DNA of 64,000 bases from Lama glama. Its lineage: Eukaryota. Location: assembly GCA_028534125.1 (NCBI GenBank), contig CM052832.1, positions 12,092,001 to 12,156,000 on the forward strand, read 5' to 3'. Made by a program: the position numbers and the translations under genes. Shown here piece after piece: positions 12,181-24,770 of this stretch (positions within the stretch are counted from its first letter, which is position 1; each line of letters opens with the position of its first letter). The notes under the pieces are model-generated. The model was not told the origin of the DNA and did not search any database. It saw only the letters and a list, made by a program, of their open reading frames with translations.

Positions 12181-13225
12181 TCAGAGGTGGGCAAAAGCAG
12201 TCCACTAACAGAGTCACCTCACTGCCTGCTGGGGAGACAGACACTAAACAAATCCTTACAAGAGTAGTTGCTTTATGTTGATTATCTATGTGGCAAAGTA
12301 CAGGGTGCATTTAAGGAGGCTGCTTTTCTGTGGTCAGTCTATGATGAAGGTTCACACTGACTGAATGTGCCTTGTCTTCTTCTAGGTAGACACACTATCC
12401 CAGGTACCTGAGCCATGTGCGTGGAGTCTTCACCACTCAGGTGTCTTGCTTTTAGTGTCGCTCTAATGTTTTACCCTTGGGTTCAGTGAGAACTTTCCTG
12501 GGAGTGCCAGCAAGGCCTCTTTGTCAGGTGGGAGAGGAATTGCATTACTGACATTAAAAACACTCTTTCAGTTAACTGCTTAGATTGTGTGCTTCTACAA
12601 CAGAGTTTTCCAAGTTTTTTTCCTCTTCAACAGAGCTTAGCATGATGTTCCATACGTATAATTATTAGCCAAGAGATCTGTCCCTCCTGACATACCCATC
12701 TCACCAGATTATGTGGTAACCATATCAATACAAATGGCTTCTGGAATTATAAATTCCATACATTCGTTTCAAGATCTGCTGATATGATTTATTTCAATAT
12801 ATAGTTATTCAGTTTTCTTTTTCTATTTAATTGTCTGTATTTAAAGAAGAAAGTATGATGATGCAGATAACTCCAAAAGATTTTTTAAAACACCTATTTT
12901 AAGAAAGTTTTTTAAAATAGAATCTCCAGAATTCTTTGAATGTATGATACTTCAGAGTAATGAAATGATAATCTTAGAGTAACTAGGAGGAGGGCCTTGC
13001 TGGATTACACTATCAGGCCAACATATCTTACTCTGAGTTCATACCTACTAGGTGATCAGTATCTTTCTTGGTAAACTTCGACTTCCTCTAGCCTTTTATT
13101 AGACTCTGCAGCTTGAATGCTGGTCACATATGGGGGCGATCAAAAGAAAAGGAGAGGACCAAAGAATCCTTTCTAGGTTTTTTCACCTATGGATTGTTTA
13201 AGAAAGTAATAACCTGCAATATTAT

Positions 13226-13600
13226 TGTAACAGTAAGAATAGGCAGCGTTATACTGTGATAACAAACAACTCCGAAGTCTTAGTGGCTTGTTCTCACTCA
13301 TACAACAAATTTAATGACTGTTGGCAGGGGACTTTGCTCACTGTAGTCACTCAGGGATGCAGGCTGGCAGAGACTCCATTTCAATGCGTGCTTTCATGAT
13401 CTCAGAGACAAGGGAAGGAGAGTTCCTGAGGGTCTCACTTGAGCAGTTAAATCTTCCATCTCAGTCATGACACAGATCACTTCCACTCACAATTCACTTG
13501 GCCCCATCCAGCCACAGAGGAATAGGAAATTCAGTCTTCCATATGCCCTGAAGGGGAGGAGAGCTGAATACAGACATCAGTGAGTAGAAATAATGATACA
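13226..13600 (-). mobile_element. MaLR solo LTR (MLT1L-like)
   Basis: gtgataacaaacaactccgaagtcttagtggctt, gtcactcagggatgcaggctg, atcacttccactcaca. Confidence 0.8.
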
Positions 13601-13774
13601 AGCATGAATAAATTAATGACTCTTATTTTAGTTAGTGAAAAGTTACCTTTTCTGTATGTGTTGGGGTTGAGAGGTTAGCCTTTAGCACTGTATTTGGCAA
13701 GCCAGACTGTTTCCATAAAGCCATTTTAACATTTAAATTGTGACATACACGTAATGTAAAATCTTGTAGTAGTA

Positions 13775-14025
13775 ACAGTAGTTAACACCAGTGTAGCACT
13801 TACTCTGTATCAGGCCCTATTCTAAGCATTTTATGTATTTTAGTCCATTTAATCCTCAGAACAACCCTATGAAAAATGTACTATTTTTTATCCACATTTT
13901 ATAAATGTTTAATCTGAAGCACAGAGAGGTTAAGCAAGAAGCCTAAAGTTGCTGACCAGTAAGTAACAAAGCCAGGATTTTAACTTGGGTAATCTGGCTC
14001 CAGAGTCCAAGCTTTTAACTACTAG
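13775..14025 (-). mobile_element. MIR SINE
   Basis: catttaatcctcagaacaaccctatga, tctggctccagagtcca. Confidence 0.92.
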
Positions 14026-14224
14026 GCATTTTGGTACTTTAACATTTTCACAGCAGACCATTTTCCTCAGAAAGTCATTTTCTTAAATCATTGTTCTCCA
14101 TGCCTAATGGAGACTCCCAAGGTTAAGAGAGGAAAATCAAGGCAGAGGCTGGACTAGCTGACCAAGAAATTTCCTTCCAGCCATAGTTCTGTTATGATGC
14201 TGGAATAAATTGAAGAAGTATATA

Positions 14225-15110
14225 TTAAGTGTGTTGGGTGATATGCTAGGCTCCTGGGAGTTTGCTGGAGTGAGTGAGACAGGCATGGTCCCTGCTCTCA
14301 TGGAGTTTTTGTTCCTGTGGAGTAGACAGCCATTGAAGGAAAGCTTGGAAAGTCCAGTGAAGCCATATAGTCAGGGAATTTGACATCTTCTAAGAGGGTT
14401 AGTGAAGGCTCCTTGTCCTTGGAGCTGAGGCTGACAGGAGGGGGAAACAGCCCAGCACTGAGGAGCAGGTGGGTGGTGAGGGAAGTCTGTCAGGAGCAGC
14501 ACACAGACCACAGACCAGGGGCAGGAGCTGCGCGTGGTTGCAGGCTGGTAGACGGAGGAAACCATTACTCAGAAAATGACATGACCAGATTTGTATGTCT
14601 AAAAACCAGTCTTGGCAGAGGTGTACAGACTGGATTAGATGGAAACAGTGGTGGATCAGGGAGACCGATAAGAAAACTGTAATAGTTATTTTTGTGAGAG
14701 ATGCCAGTTTAGGGGACTGGGGTGTTGGTAGCAAGGGTGGGAGATGTAAATAGATTTGAGGGATTTTAAAGAAAGTTGGTTTCGGACTTAGTGATTAATT
14801 GGATGTGTGTATGGGAGTCAGAGAGGGAGCGAGAGCGAGAGAGTGAGAGAGCAAGAGTGAGAGAGAGAGCGAGCGCGAGAGAGATTAAAGGCCAGTATCC
14901 TGACTGCTGGCTTGAGCAGCTGAGTGCTTGCTGTTCTCTACAATGAGAGAGAATGGAGGAGGAAGTGGGAAACAGAAGTGGAAAATGCCAAGATGACAGG
15001 AGGGTGAGACGGCGACAGGGACGTGAACGTGAAGACACTTGCCAGAAACAAGTGACCAGCTAGGCGGTGACACATCTCTAGATATTGAGCCATGGAAAGT
15101 TGAGCCAGGG
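14225..15110 (-). mobile_element. L2 fragment containing a (GA)-rich microsatellite (14820-14884)
   Basis: gacaggcatggtccctgctctcatggag, tgacatgaccagatttgtatg, ggacttagtgattaattggatgtg. Confidence 0.85.
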
Positions 15111-15129
15111 AAAAACACATTCTCACAAA

Positions 15130-15800
15130 GATACAAGATCAACCTAGACTAATCTAAAGTATTTTATGTAAAGACTTTTCTGTTCCTATAGAACATTAGT
15201 CTGTGATACTAGGGTTTCAGTCTGTTGGTATTCCTCACAGAGGCGCGAGTCTTTTTCTCTGATTAAGTCAGTGTAGAAGCGTTCTCCAGTCTTGTTTGGG
15301 AAGTTGTTAATGTAGCCCTTTGCGTCACAAGGTCCTATCACCACAGTCCATTCTCCTGCTAAGGAAACAGTGGCTTGACGTACAAAGCCGAAGTCAGGAT
15401 GACCCTGTCCAGCTTGAGCTCCTTACAGTGTTTAAAAAAAAGCCTTGCTACCTCTCTATTCTGTATCACAAGTGAGATTGTTCTGCATTACTCCCTTCAA
15501 CTCTTCTTCATAGGGAAGGGGCTCTGTTGCTGAGCAGAGCAGATAAGGTGAAAATTCTGATGGCATCCTGTTAGCATGGGTGACTTTTTCCCCTCGAGAT
15601 AACTCAGTACTTTTAATTTTATATGCACAGCAAGACTCTGTTATTTTATTAATTCAGGTCTATTACAAACTAAATCTTGTCCCCACAGAAAAACAATTGA
15701 GTCTGATGCAAAAAAGCCTACTGTCCAACACCAGCATTATGAAAGTGCCATGATTTTGTAATACGTGTTTCCATACATTCCAGTACTGGGAAGCCATTCT
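15130..15800 (-). mobile_element. RTE relic, copy 1: AP-endonuclease domain
   Basis: MASQYWNVWK at about 15.78 kb (cf. IATWNVRT). A 78-codon stop-free frame at 15422-15189 reads EWTVVIGPCDAKG...TGERF...DSRLCEEYQQTETLVSQTNVL (cf. LIVIGDFNAKVG...GKFG...GxRLxEFCQxNxLVIxNTLF). Confidence 0.72.
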
Positions 15801-15869
15801 GTCTTGCTGTGGTTTTGCCTGGGCCCTTAAAATAGGAACTTCCCCTCTCTGAGGAATTTTGTGGAAGAA

Positions 15870-16100
15870 AGCTTCATGCTTAAGAGAGTGACTCTGGAAC
15901 CTGACTGTCTGGGTTCTCTCCTAGCGGTATGACTTTGGGTGTGTAACTGTATAACTTGAACTTTTGTTAATGCCACATGTAAAACTGGACTGTTGATACC
16001 GTCTTCTTCACAGGTTGTTGTCAGGAATGATGAGGAACTATAAGGAAAGCACTTAGAATAGATCTGGCACGTAGTAAATCTTAATAAATGTTAGCTATTG
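15870..16100 (+). mobile_element. MIR SINE
   Basis: gactctggaacctgactgtctgggttc, aagcacttagaatag, aataaatgttagctatt. Confidence 0.88.
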
Positions 16101-16699
16101 TTTCCTTCTCTGTGTCCCCGAGGAGGGAGGTGATAGATTTGCCTCTCGGTAACTTCCTATAGCATCTAAGATAGGAATCTTGGTTCAGAAACCTCTTGCA
16201 GCCTCCTTTCCCCCTAAAAAAGACAAAACAACAACAACAACAAACTGGGGATTGCTAAAGAAATGCGGAGGGGCTAGGTATATCCAAAGGAGCCACTAGC
16301 ACCCAAGAAGAATAGAAAGCAGCCTCTAACCTGACCCCTTGTGAGCTGTGGGCAGCACCACAGCCCTTTGGGCCTGGGGTCACTTTGCCCAGGGCTCTGT
16401 GCTCCTCAGGAGGTTTCTCTTTTACCTTAGTGTTAGCTCTGAGTTCTTTAGAATAGTAGTTTTTACCCTCGGGGTTATAATTCCCTTTATTGTCTTCATA
16501 GGCTTCTCCACTTCTCCACAGGGTGTTTCTGGGACTCATACAATAAAGAGGATTATAGTTTTCTGTAGGAAAAATGTAAGTGTAAATTACTTTGCTAACT
16601 TAGGCCAGTGTCCAAAAAAATTGTAGATTCGGCTAGTGATAAATTGGAAAAACAAAGGCACATTAAGTAAAACATCTTTAGGCCCTAAACTTGCTGGAA

Positions 16700-16885
16700 G
16701 TCATGATTTTAAGGTTACAGAAGGACATATAAATGATCTAGTCTGACCCACTCATTTTACAGTTTATAAAGAAGCCCAGGGATGCTGACAATTTCCAAAA
16801 TTTACATAGGAAGTTAAAGGAGGAACCAGGACTGGAACCCAGATCTCCTGGCTCCCTGATCAGTGTTCTGTCCACTATACCATAT
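16700..16885 (-). mobile_element. MIR3-like SINE
   Basis: atctagtctgacccactcattttacag, ggactggaacccagatctcctggctcc. Confidence 0.85.
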
Positions 16886-17199
16886 TATCCTTTAAAAATT
16901 GTATAAAATGTGCATAAATGTTTAGCATCTATAGTACAGAAGACCCTATTGAACTATCAAGTAGATATTCAACACATTAAAAAGGTGTCTATTATGCCAT
17001 AAATTTGCTATAACCTTAAAGTAATATGTTAGCTATAATATGCAATAAACATTTCATTAACACTAATGTTGCTTGTCTTTTTATAACTTGTAAGGGACTT
17101 GATGGAGGGAATTGAGATGGCTTGTCCAAGAGACTTTGACACTACAGAAGTGTTAAGAAAGTGGTCCAGAAGTTGTCCTAGTCTCTCTTAAACCTCTTC

Positions 17200-18375
17200 C
17201 TCCCCTCATACTACATCCTCAACCTACCTTTGTCAAGGTCACTGGGTATTTCCACAATGCTAAGCCCACTGGTCTGTTCTGAGTCCTTGTCCTCTTCACC
17301 TACCAGCAGCGTTTGATCCAGTTGATCATACCCTGCTCACTTCATTTACTTGAGTCCAGGACACCACTCTCTGCTTGTCCTCTTAGCTCCCTGACCACTC
17401 CTACTTTGTGTGTGTGTCGCCAGTTCTTCTGTCTCCCTGACCTCTAAAATTGAAGAGCCCTGGACTCTGTCCATGACCCTCTTTCCTTCTCTATTTATTC
17501 TCACTCTTGGTGATTTCATCCAGGCTCAAGAGCTTTAAACCATTTCTAGGCTAGAGACTCCCGATTTTTTATATCCAGCCCAGACTTCTCTCTTGAACTC
17601 TAGACTCATAAACTAAACTGCTTACTTGACACCTTTACTTGAATGTCTCATAGACATCTGAAATGTAACATAAACAAAGTCACACTCCCGAGCTAGCTGC
17701 TAAAATCTCCCTCCTCCTGCAGTCTTCCATATCTTCATAGATAGCAACTCCATCCTTTGGCTCAGGCCAAAAATTTGGCATCATCTATTGGTAAGTGACT
17801 CCTATTAGCTCTACCTTCAGAATATTTCCAGAACTGATTTTTTCTCACCTTTTCAATAGCCCCACCCCTATTCAAACCCCATTCTCACTCTTGTAGCACC
17901 CTTCAAGGCCCCATGCATACGGTGTCCCATTACCTCATGGACTTTTTTTTTTCCCCCCACTATTCTTTTCCTTTGTTTTCTCCACTCCAGCCACACTGAC
18001 TTCCTTGCTGTTCCTTAAATATGAAAGACATACTCTTGCCTGAGGACCTTTGAATTTGCTCTTCGCTCTGTTGGAAGCTTTTTTTGGCCAATGTCTGCAT
18101 GGCCCAACTCTTCACCCCCTTTAGGTCTTCCCTCACATGCCATTTTCTCAGGTAGATCTTCCTTGACTACCCTATTTTGAAAATTTCCAAATGCCTCTGT
18201 TTTTCACTGTTTAATTTTTCTCCATAGCATTCAGCACCACATACCATATGTATTTTACTAATTTATTTTGTCTAGTTTATTGTATCTTTCTCACTAAAAT
18301 GAAGCTCCCCAGGATCTAGGGAAATATACATAGTGGTAGGTGCTCAGTAAACATACCTGGAAAAATTGAAAGCAT
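17200..18375 (+). mobile_element. L2a-like LINE fragment
   Basis: cagcagcgtttgat, cttgaatgtctcatagacatctgaaatgtaacat, gtaggtgctcagtaaa. Confidence 0.9.
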
Positions 18376-18519
18376 GAACTCCTTCTCTTCCTTTGTAGTT
18401 TTCAGAGGAAAGAATCTCTTCCACTGATTGAGACCTGAATGACCAAATGGTTTATTTCCTAGGAGAGTTTATTTGAAAGTATTGTCTTACTGGTAGTACA
18501 TGAAAAGTGTTTTGAGTAG

Positions 18520-20500
18520 TGCTTTTCACGTATTCCCCTCTGAACTCATGCCCTGTCCATTACTCCGTGGCCCTGCCGGAAGAATTGGAGTTACCTACTT
18601 GCCATCTTAGTTCTGAAAGGCTCTTAGAGCCCAGTCTGTACCTTGTATGGTGGTCATCATCTCCCCCTTCAGTTGTTTCTATTGAGGGTCCAAAGTATGT
18701 GAAAACATTTTTTTTTAATGTACTAAATTGCCATACAGCGATAAGATGGTAGCAGCATTCTTAAAGCCGTATCTTTCTACAGATGTTCCAGAACTTCAGA
18801 GTTAGTGCTGTCAATGAGGGTGAACATGTCCTTCCATCTCTGTTCCCAGAGATCATTGAGTTTTGGACACTCATCTAGCTGTATGAGCTTGGAAAAATTT
18901 CTTAAAATCTGAGACTGGGTCTGACATGTCACCTTTCAACACAGGTTACTTCCCTTTGCCTTTTCTGCTTCCTTTTCCCTTTTTTCTTCCTATCTCCACC
19001 CAGAAAAGAGACTCAATTGCTAATTTTCCAAACCTGAAGTACAGAGATCCCTATTGAACATTGTCCCATGCTTTAAATTTGTATTCTAGGTTAATCTTTT
19101 ACATTTCAGTATGATCTTTCTCCTGTAATTGTTATTAATGAAACCATCTTCTCTACATGAACTGTGCCTACTGAACAAAAGCCTAGAACCTTCGTTTTAT
19201 GAGCATTGCAAAGTAAGACAAATGTCTTGGATATAAGATTAAAGATGACTGATTCAGAAAACATGTGGAATGGGTATTACAGCTTTCATAGTCCTTCTAA
19301 CATGTCATTCTTTTTCAAAGAAATAACAATAAACCCAGAAAAAGACAGATATTATTTTCACACTTCTTTTCAGTGAATAGAAGTAAAAATTTATAACAAT
19401 GAGAAAAGGACACAAATCCAAATAAGGTATTTGTATCTTCCTGTATTTCTTCTTCCTCAGGCTGTTGTGAGCTGACAAATACTGCAGTTGATAAGCCTCA
19501 GAGCCTTGAAACTCGGGGCAGGATAATTGACTGGGACCCCCTCCCGTCTTCTAAGGAGTTGCTATCACCCTCCCATGGCTACCCTAGAGCAGGGGACACA
19601 TCCAGGGCACTTTGTCATTATTATCCCTGTTCTCCATCTATCTTTGTGTCACCACGACCTTTCAGTCTTAAAACATATACCGGTTGGCATAGTTGACTCT
19701 GCATTTATGAACTCCTACTCCTTAAGCCTCAGATTTATTGTAATTTGTATTGATTAATACATTAGTATGGTGTACATTATCATTAACGCAGCCCTTTTTG
19801 ATACCATGTTTGATTCTGCATCTTTAGGAGGATAGAAGAAACTGGCTTGCTTTAGGTATCACAGGAAGTCAGAGAAAAAGCTGGATCTTGAGGAAGGTGC
19901 ACACATACGTACTCCTATGACTACAACTATCATTGTTGTAGATGTGTAATTTATAGCACTTCCTGTTTACAGATACTGCTAGGGGCTCACTCTGACTTGA
20001 ATAATGCCAACAGCTGACTTACACAGATAGAGGTTCTGGTTCTTGCTGACAGAGAACTGCAGAGCTAGGGAGAGAGACATTCAAGCCTGTCTTGCTCCCT
20101 TTTTTAAAATGAAAAATTCCACGAATGACAATATTGATCTTAACATATATATACAAATTAGAGTTTGGATGGCTATTGACTCATCAGTTTCATTTATAGA
20201 AGATTCTATAGCCTTTCCTTTCAATGTTGAACAATAAAATATTTGGAGAGGGGCATGAGTAGTTGATTTGGACTTAGTATGGGAAATTGGAATATGTGTT
20301 TTTAGATATTCCTCACTCTACTACTTCCATTAGCTATAGCAGGAATCTTTAACACTTAGCCTTGTTATTTACCCTTAATAAAATGATGTCTCTTATTTGT
20401 CTACTTATCAGTACTAGGAAGGTATTCTGTATCACTTTCAGGTTCAAGATAACTAAGAGACTTATGGCTTTAGATGATTTTGCTTCGAATTGTTAACTTT
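18520..20500 (-). mobile_element. RTE relic, copy 2: near-complete RT plus C-terminus
   Basis: Ordered motifs: AISLL..KV (20454-20468), KAIES, IKHGIKKGCV (19785-19814; cf. GVRQGCV), GVGVHKCRVNYAN, EEIQE/YKYL (19424-19435), TEKKCENNI, KAVIP..SES, RWKD..TNSEVL (18788-18806), IKKK/TYFGP (18689-18700), TIQG, GRATE*WT. Confidence 0.8.
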
Positions 20501-20531
20501 ACATTCAGAATGTTAATATTGAAAATTCCCA

Positions 20532-20695
20532 GGGGGGAGGGTATACCTCAGTGGTAGAGTAAATGCTTAGCATGCACGAGATCCTGGGTTCAATCCCCAG
20601 TACCTCCTCTAAAAATAAACAAACCTAATTACTTCTCCTCTGTCAAAATAAAATAGTTAAATAATACAATAGATATAATATTTTTAAACAAAAAA
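20532..20695 (+). mobile_element. Young tRNA-derived SINE, camelid Vic-1 type
   Basis: GGGGAGGGTATACCTCAGTGGTAGAG (A box) ... GGTTCAATCCCCAGTACC (B box), A-rich tail, perfect 11-bp TSD GAAAATTCCCA (20521-20531 / 20696-20706). Confidence 0.9.
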
Positions 20696-21269
20696 GAAAA
20701 TTCCCATTGATTTGTGGTTTTAACAGAATGCTCCTTTGCCTCAATGTATTATTAGAAAGCCAGAGATCTATGGGGTACTTCTTTTCTAAAAATCAGTTGT
20801 TTTAATTTGTTAGTGTGTTCTAGATTTTTTTTCTTTTTCTAAAATCAGATTTAATAGTCTTCTGTGTCTCATGTTTGTGAAAGGCTGAGGGGAAAGCTGT
20901 GTGTACAGCCTGAGGAGATAGCGTTTCTCTGGGCTAACAGTGAGCCGAAGGAACTTACCTCCTTAGCTGTGACAAACCAAGTCAAACCTGTATTAAGCAT
21001 TGTATGTATTCCTAGAGACTTTGGGATACAGGGGGGAAAAAAGCATGTTCCCTATTCTCTAAAAGTTTCTATGTGGAGAGATACAGATATTGCTTCTATA
21101 TCCTTATCTGTATCTACTATATATATTATCTCTGTCTCTGTATGCATGCATATATATACATACATACATGAAACAACTAAAATAGAGTTTGATGTGTAAT
21201 CACAGACTTTCTAAATGCAGGCTACTGCTGGAGGGAGACCAGAAGAGAAATCTCTCTGACTTTGGATGC

Positions 21270-23140
21270 GCTCGTTCAACAAGTGCTGACTGAATGCCAG
21301 GCACTCAGGCACTCAGGCACTCACTACTCCAGCCATGAGGGATATATGTAGTGAGCCCAGGAGATACGGTCCCTGTTGCTATGGAGCATGTATTTTATGG
21401 TACAGGAAAGAAAAACTGTAAACAAACAGTTAAGTCAGCATGGCAGTTTCAGGTATGATGAATGCTAGAAGAAAATAAAGCATAGTAGAGGAATGGGGAA
21501 ACTTTAAATGGGGTAGCCAGAAAAGACAAAATTTGAGCTGAAGCTTAAAAGACAGGAAGGAATCAGTAAGTGAAAGTCTCAGGGGGAGGCATTTCTGGAA
21601 AAGCCGCAAGGTTAGGATGAGCTTGGTGTGTTCAGGGACCAGAAGGGAAGAGGGAATGGGGTAGTAAGTGAACTGGAGATGTGTTAGGTGCCTGATCGTG
21701 GGGGCCTGCAGGCTCTGTCAGGAAGTTTGAGTTGTATTCCAAGTGAGATGGCATGCTATTAGAATATCTTAAGCAACTGTTTAAAAACTTAAGAAGAATA
21801 TTCTTCTCTTGTTGGAGTGGAGATATAGACAGACAAGAATGGAAGCAGAGAGATCATGGCCTGGAGGAGAAGGGACGGCAGCTGGGCCTTGAGTGCTAGT
21901 AGTGGAAATGGAACAATTTGAATGTCCGATTCAGGAAATATTCAGAATTTGTTGATGGAATAGATGCAGAGAAGGGAGGAGAGAAGTTTCTGGTTTGAGC
22001 AAGTAGGTGCATGATGGTAGGAAGGACCGTGGGGAGAAGCAGGTTTGAGGAATGGAAATCAAGAGTTTTGTTTTAGCCATGTTAATTTTGAAATACATTG
22101 TTCTGACAATAACTAGCTAAGGAATATTGAACAAATTATTTCAGTGTCCTTATCTGGAAAATGGTGATGGTAATACCTATGCTATGTTGATGTGAAAAGT
22201 AAGCTAATTAATACCCCTGAAGCACTTAAAACAGGATTGGATACATATTAATTTTTCAGTAACTGTTAGTTATTGCTGCTGCTACTGTTGTTTTAATATT
22301 ATTATTATCAGTAGTGGTAGTAGTAGTAGTAGTATGTATCCAAGTGAGATGTTGAATAGACAATAGGACATGTAAGTCTGGAGCTCAGGACAGAAGTAAA
22401 GGCTGGAGATAAACTTTGATAGTTATCAGCATATTGGTGGATATATTGGTGGGTATATGAAACCATGTGACGAGATGAGATTGCCTATGGGGAGAAAAAA
22501 GAAGAGGGAAAAGAGGGGCAGGAACTGAGGGATAGGGCCCTCCAATATTTAAAGGTCAAGAAGAGGCAGAATCAGCAAAGAACTGAGAAGGAGCTGTCAG
22601 GAGACAGGAGAGGAACCTGAGAGGTGTGGCATAAAGACAAAAAGGTGGTCATACCAAATGACGCTGAAAGTAAAGTAAGAGTAGAAGGGAGCTCAGACCT
22701 GACCAGTGGATCTGGCATAAGGTAAAGGTGGTAACTGTGACAAGAGCCATTTCAGTGGGCAGGTGGGAATGAAATCTCTATTGGAGTGACTGGAGAGAAT
22801 GGGGAGGGGAAAAGTGGGGCTGTAGCTAGAGAGGGCAGGTTATTTTAATATGGGAGTATTAAAACACATTTGTATGCTAATTGGAATGATTCAATAGAGA
22901 GGGAAAACTTTGATATAAGAGAAAAAGGGAATAATTATAAGAACAAAGTCCTTGAGTAGTCAAAAAACTGTATGATCCAGCAGAGACGTTGAAAGGGAAC
23001 AGAGATACTTCTTCCACTGTGAGTGGAGGAAAGGCAGATCATGGACACAGGTGAAGTAAGGTGGCAGATTTGGGGATGGAATGACAGTAATTTTTGTTAA
23101 ATGCATACCTTTTTAAATGAAGTATAATGTGAGGTCATCT
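21270..23140 (-). mobile_element. Long L2 fragment with a nested MIR (about 22100-22275)
   Basis: ctcgttcaacaagtgctgactgaatgcc, gaaatcaagagttttgttttagccatgttaattttgaaat, tgaccagtggatctggca. Confidence 0.9.
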
Positions 23141-23199
23141 GGGAATAAGAGAGACATGGGAGGACTTGACATACTCACAATGAGTTGAGGATCTAGACA

Positions 23200-24150
23200 A
23201 ATGCTATAGGCAACAAAAATGAATTTTTAAAAATTTCAAAGCTACATTCTGAACAATAAGGAAAAAATAAGGAAGGGATAGTCCTCACATAGCAAAGATG
23301 ATCTGATATTTGCTACAAATGATAAAACAGAATTATTAAAATTTTATCTTTCTTCCATTTTCTTCAGTAAGGAGTTTGGCTTTTAAACAGGAAAGGGGAA
23401 AACAAACATGGTTGAGAAGAAATTGAAGCCCAGGGTGGGTAAAAGAGTGAAAGGAAAAGCAAAGGTATATCTGCTGCTTTAGACTAGTTCTAATCTCAGG
23501 ATCTTGCTAAATTACATCTCAGGGGACTCAGAGAACTTTCAGACCTGATTTTGGAGTCTTCATTCACCATGATTTTGAGCTAGAAGGCTAATATGCAGGT
23601 GATTTTTTTTTTCCCCCAAAAGGAGAAATTCTGTATACAGATAGCAATAGACCTGATTTTTATCCTTGCCAAAATTCTAGATCTAGTGATTAACCTGATG
23701 GTTTATGAGCATTTAGGGGAAAATGCATAGTTCTAATAACCAATTTGAATTATCTAAAAATAAGTTATTCTCAAATAAATAGATTTTCTTTTAGAGTTTT
23801 GTTGGAAAATCAAGGTAATACTACAGACATAGTGTATCTTAAATTCAGCAAAGTTTTTGATAGAGTTTCTTGTAATATTTTTTAGACAAGACAAAGGATG
23901 AGCTAATATTTGTGTCCCTATGTGTGCAAGGCACTTGATAAGATGGTGAGATTACATTCAGAAGTGCTGGTTCCTGAATCAGTGACCCCAGCTTCACGTT
24001 GGTCTCTAGTGAATTAGCACAGGATTCTGCTCTAGCCTCTGTCCTGACTAAAGGGCTTCAAAAACCAGGTGAAAACATACTGGGCATGTGAAGAGAACTA
24101 ACGCAGTAGATGACAGTCTAATGAATGTCATCGCAATGACTGGATAAGCT
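23200..24150 (+). mobile_element. L3/CR1 RT fragment
   Basis: DIVYLKFSKVFDRVS (cf. DVVYLDFSKAFDKVS) and VSSELAQDSALASVL (cf. VTSGVPQGSVLGPVL). Confidence 0.85.
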
Positions 24151-24659
24151 GTATTATTTAAGTCATTTAGTAACCTTTCATTAGTTCATTCATTTATTGG
24201 TAATTATTGAGAGCTTTATGTCAGATACTCTTGGTGTTGGGAATACATGGGAAAGCAAAGAGAAATGAGTCAGGTTCTGGCCTTCAAGGACCTTCAGAAT
24301 GTGCCAAAAGAATGCATTGATTGAGGAGTTTTTAACATAGAGGAAGGTACAAAGGTCTTTGGGGCTTAAGGAGGGGAGAGGTCATTTGAACAAGGGGGCT
24401 GTTCCTTGCTGTGCTGCTTTTTTTCCCAAGCGCCCAACTCTTGCAGAGAAGTTATCACTTCAGGTTCCTCTGTCCCTTTTTAAAAAGTCCTCTGTGAAGC
24501 ACCTCTTGATGTTTAAATATCGGGAATGTATCTCCGTCTTTACTGCCCCATCTTTTCTGCCCACCTTCACCCCCACCACCCTCTGCAAAGCACCCTTCCC
24601 AGAACCTCTAACCTTGGAAGTGGATGTTCTTTGTTCCCCATACCTTTGAAGGGACCTAA

Positions 24660-24770
24660 TTACCTCTATCTATGCAAATATAGAGAAGTACCTTCACTTA
24701 TGCAAATGTTGAACATTAACACATCCCAGGGCCCAGGAGCAATGTTCCCTCAAACATTAGACTGTTCTGG
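24660..24770 (-). mobile_element. Possible CR1/L2-type RT micro-relic
   Basis: EGTLLLGP / LMFNICISE / SIFA* resembles QGSVLGP.LFNIFIND...LFADD. Confidence 0.4.

Noticed and set aside
12341..12411. C/D-box snoRNA-like layout (ATGATGA...CTGA)
   Set aside because: No terminal stem and no convincing rRNA/snRNA antisense element.
14371..15142. Cluster of overlapping ORFs
   Set aside because: All lie within L2 and a GA microsatellite.
19461..19696. Plus-strand open frame of about 78 codons after a strong-looking acceptor
   Set aside because: No recognisable protein and no good donor. It is the antisense of the copy-2 RT relic, whose purine-rich codons create the pyrimidine tract.
20532..20605. 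tRNA gene
   Set aside because: It is the tRNA-derived head of a SINE, with an A-rich tail and TSD.
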